64,000 nucleotides of DNA. Origin: Hyaloraphidium curvatum SAG 235-1 (lineage: Eukaryota > Fungi > Monoblepharomycota). Positions within the stretch are counted from its first letter, which is position 1; the number at the start of each line of letters is the position of its first letter. The position numbers and the translations under genes were made by a program. The notes below the pieces were generated by a model that did not search any database, had not been told where the DNA came from, and worked only from the letters and a program-made list of their open reading frames with translations. The stretch is taken from the NCBI GenBank assembly GCA_025558095.1, contig JAIVFI010000007.1, forward strand, positions 496,001 through 560,000, in the 5' to 3' direction. Of this stretch, positions 61,054-64,000 are shown one piece after another.

Positions 61054-61803
61054 TCAGTTCCGGCCCCGGCCGAACATCCCCTTCATCCGCGACAGAAAGT
61101 CGTCGTTCCCCTCGGAACCAGGCTTCGACTCGCCGACGATCTCTCCTTCTTCTGCATCCACCTCCTTCAGCTTGGGCTGCGAAGGCAGGAACCTCTTGTG
61201 GCCGGAAGCCGGCCTCAAAGGCTCCGCCGGGACCTCCTTGGGCGGCGCCTTCGCGCGCGGAGGCGCCGCCGGCGGTGGCGGGGCCGGTGCCGCCGCTCCC
61301 CCGCCCAGCAATGCCATCATCGTGGCCATCTGGTCCCCTCCCGCTCCGGCGCCGGACTCGCCCATCATCTTCTGGGCGAGCCTTCCCAGCTCCTGCACGT
61401 CCTCGGTCGTGATCCCGCACTGATCCATGACCGTCTTCAGCTTCGCAAGGTCCGCCCTGACCTGGGAGTCCATCATCATGCGCATCATGTCGCCCATGGA
61501 CGGCTTCGCCGTGGGGCTGCCCGACGGATTGACTTTAGAAACCATCCGCATCGAGATCTCCTGAACCTCGAGCATAGCGGACGGGTTTGCAGACAGTTTG
61601 CGGAAGAAGGCCGAGTTGAAGAGCTCCATCGGGTTCGGCGCGGACGCGTAGGCTCTCCGCGGGGCTGGGCGCGGCACGCCGCAAGATCGGGCGGGAAGGG
61701 CCGCGGGGAGGAACGCGAAGGCATGTCCGACGGCCGGGGCCTGGTGCCGCAGCACCGCCGCCCGCGTCGCCATCCGAAGCGAGGTCCCGATGAGCGACGG
61801 CAT
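61054..61803 (-). CDS. Uncharacterised, probably mitochondrial protein with Met-rich helical (STI1-like) region
   Basis: Presequence-like Arg/Ala-rich N-terminus ending RRAYAS; KPSMGDMMRMMMDSQVR; C-terminal FLSRMKGMFG. Confidence 0.6.
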   Translation of the reverse strand: MPSLIGTSLRMATRAAVLRHQAPAVGHAFAFLPAALPARSCGVPRPAPRRAYASAPNPMELFNSAFFRKLSANPSAMLEVQEISMRMVSKVNPSGSPTAKPSMGDMMRMMMDSQVRADLAKLKTVMDQCGITTEDVQELGRLAQKMMGESGAGAGGDQMATMMALLGGGAAAPAPPPPAAPPRAKAPPKEVPAEPLRPASGHKRFLPSQPKLKEVDAEEGEIVGESKPGSEGNDDFLSRMKGMFGRGRN

Positions 61804-61870
61804 GTTGAGGCAGGTGGTTCGGTGTCCGGGGGCGGCTCTCTGAGACGGGCACCAGCGCCGTGCCATCGCG

Positions 61871-62857
61871 ATGCACGCCGGAGCAGCGGGAACGTTGGGT
61901 TCCGACTCGGAGGAGGAGGATTACATGTCTGCTGCCTTCTTGGAGACCGAGGCGGCCGCCAAGGCGCCGGAGACGTACGCGGAGCGCCGGCGGAAGCGCA
62001 TCTTGGAACAGGAGGCCAAGGGCCGGATAGCACCCCTGCGCGAGCGCGAAAAGGAGGCGCGGGATTCCGGGCTCGCGGCTCCGATACCGAAGGACAACGT
62101 CGGCTTCCGGTTGCTAGAGAAGATGGGATACAAGAGCGGCATGGCCTTGGGCAAGCCGGCTCCGGAGTCTCCGCCCCCCGAAAGCGCGCGGACGCCGTCG
62201 ACGGACCCCGAATTCGAGCGTCCGTCGTTCAGACAGGCCGAGAGCTCGGGGGACGACGAGGACAGGGCGACACCGGGGCCGCGACCGGCGTTGGACGACC
62301 GCGGCCGCCTCTTGGAACCCATTCCGATCGCAATGGTCGAGAAACGGACAGGGCTCGGCCTCCAGGCCGTGACGGAGAAGCGCAAACGGGAGCACGAGGA
62401 AGCGGACAGCCGGAAGAAGGCCGCGCTCGAGAGGGACTTCCAGGCGTCGCGGAGGCAGCAGTTTGAGGACAAGCGCGTGCGCGGGGAGGTGGAAGCCATG
62501 CGGCGCGAGCTGCGGGCGCTGGACGAAAAGAACGGCATCGACGCGGGGGAGATGTGGCCCGAGGTCAAGGTGCCTGTCCCCGACGGCGCTGAAGCCGCGG
62601 AAGAGGGGCTGCACGCGACCGCTCTCTCAAAAGAGGAGATCATCGGTCTGGACGGCGAGGACGGCAACAGTGAGGCAGCCGAGGGGCAGGACGGCGAGCC
62701 GCCCTTCTCGGCGCTCGAGCCGGTTGTGCAGCGCGAGAAGCTCATCAAGCATCTGCGGACTCAGTACCACTTTTGTCACTATTGTGGGGTCGAGTGCGCG
62801 AACGCAGAGGAACTGGCTCAGGACTGCCCGGGAGAGGATCGGGAAGACCACGAATGA
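61871..62857 (+). CDS. G-patch domain protein with DUF4187 (GPATCH11-like)
   Basis: EEEDYMS; NVGFRLLEKMGYKSGMALG..EPI..KRTGLG; HLRTQYHFCHYCG..CPGEDREDH. Confidence 0.92.
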   Translation: MHAGAAGTLGSDSEEEDYMSAAFLETEAAAKAPETYAERRRKRILEQEAKGRIAPLREREKEARDSGLAAPIPKDNVGFRLLEKMGYKSGMALGKPAPESPPPESARTPSTDPEFERPSFRQAESSGDDEDRATPGPRPALDDRGRLLEPIPIAMVEKRTGLGLQAVTEKRKREHEEADSRKKAALERDFQASRRQQFEDKRVRGEVEAMRRELRALDEKNGIDAGEMWPEVKVPVPDGAEAAEEGLHATALSKEEIIGLDGEDGNSEAAEGQDGEPPFSALEPVVQREKLIKHLRTQYHFCHYCGVECANAEELAQDCPGEDREDHE

Positions 62858-62948
62858 ATGATTCTGGTGTATCACGACAAAGGATTACACTGGTATCAAA
62901 TGGAACAAATGATGAGCAGATGTCAGTCTCAATTCCGCGCGAGCTCCG

Positions 62949-64000
62949 TCACTTTCTGGAGCGGCCGCCGCGGACCAGCTTCTTCGGAGGTCCGGCTGGA
63001 CCCCTTGCTTTCCCGACCGCCTTCTTGGCCGCGGCAGGCATTTGGATTTGGAAAACTGCGCGCCCAGGGAGTCAGAGGCTGCGGAACTGCAAACTGAGAA
63101 GACCAACCTTCGTCGTCACTCGAGCTTTCGGTGGAATCGCCCCCGCGATCGACGCCCGGTGCTGCCTTCTTCTTGCCAATGACATCCGGCTCGGAGCCCG
63201 AAGAAACCGTCGTAGGCTCGGCCTTGCGTGCCTTTGCAGCCTTCTTGCCCGCGGGCGCCTTGCCCTTCGGCTTCGAAGCGCCTCCTCCGTCGCTCTCCCC
63301 GCTTTCGTCGGAGGCGACGGCCCGCTTATTGGAAGCAGCTTTCCTTGCCGGCTTCTTCCGCGGCCTCTTCTCCTCCTCGCTCTCTTCGCTCCCGTCCGAA
63401 GGGTCATTCCCGCCCTCCTTGTTGACCCAGCGCTTGACGATCTTTTGCACGCGATTCGAATGGAGCCGCTTAAGCTTATCCGTGGGGCCGAGCACAGCGT
63501 CCACGGGGAAGAAGCGGTCGATCGTCTGTTGCACGCCTTCGGTCTCGTAGCTTCCGATCTGGCGGATGATCGGAAGCACCACCTCGTCCGTCTTGTCGTG
63601 CGTCCAGCCTAGCTTGCGGTCGAGAAAATCGCGGAGCTGGTCCAACGAAGGCACGCCCCATTCGAAGGGTTCGGTGGAATCGTCCACGGTCGGGTTCATG
63701 TAGGCGTTCCGCACCTCCGGGGCGGGAAAGCTGTCCGGCAGCTCGACTTTGAGGCACAGGTTGGCGAGCCGCTTCTTCAGCGCGCTGCTCTTGTCCGCGT
63801 CGGTCAGCTGGTTCATCTTTGCCCGCCACCAGAACTTGGAAAACTCGCGCAGTCCGCCCAGCCCGTCGCCGCCGGCATTCCCCGAGTCAAACGAATCGAG
63901 GATTTCGAGCGCAGTGACACCGCCGACGCCCTTGATCCCGTCGGTGTAGTCGCTTCCAAGCAGGTACGCCAAACGGATGAGCTTCTGCTTGTCCAGGGCC
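62949..64000 (-). CDS. RAD2: XPG/Rad2 endonuclease, 3' part (continues beyond window)
   Basis: LAYLLGSDYTDGIKGVGGVTALEIL (H3TH); FPAPEVRNAYMNPTVD..FEWGVP; PIP box QQTIDRFF; LHSNRVQK. Confidence 0.92.

Noticed and set aside
62949-64000. FEN1 or EXO1 identity
   Set aside because: LLGSDYT, the EWGVP segment and the post-PIP SNRV basic tail fit XPG/Rad2.
1-64000. CRISPR arrays, rRNA/tRNA genes, transposases, LTRs
   Set aside because: I recognised none by eye; small RNAs cannot be excluded without tRNAscan-SE or Infernal.

Overview
Gene-dense, GC-rich eukaryotic DNA with many short (~50-70 nt) spliceosomal introns, often with a CTGAC/CTAAC-like branch site. It most resembles an early-diverging (chytrid/monoblepharid-like) fungus; this taxon is inferred, not proven. 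About 30 protein-coding genes are present and most are housekeeping: BEACH/WD40/FYVE protein, small SPT subunit, APE2, mitochondrial Lon, DNAJC7, TFIIIC tau95, Pcl-type cyclin, NOT3, RAI1/DXO, ZPR1, NF-YB, eRF3, ATG14-like, F-box, PEX10, TIM23, CWC2, GPATCH11 and XPG. The highlight is a spliced, apparently intact plant-ETR1-like ethylene receptor (minus strand, 40337-44309). It has a 3-TM Cu/ethylene-binding domain, GAF, HisKA/HATPase, pseudo-receiver and receiver, and the ligand-binding domain is only visible after splicing. Other notable items: CKAP2-like and PPP1R21 (FERRY)-like proteins, a secretory-pathway SGNH/PC-esterase, a VOC-lactonase-SDR trio, a 7-nt microexon, a GC-AG intron, a long hairpin-rich intron and divergent genes with overlapping start codons. 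I recognised no rRNA, tRNA, CRISPR array or transposon. Exon boundaries were assembled by eye and family comparisons are from memory.
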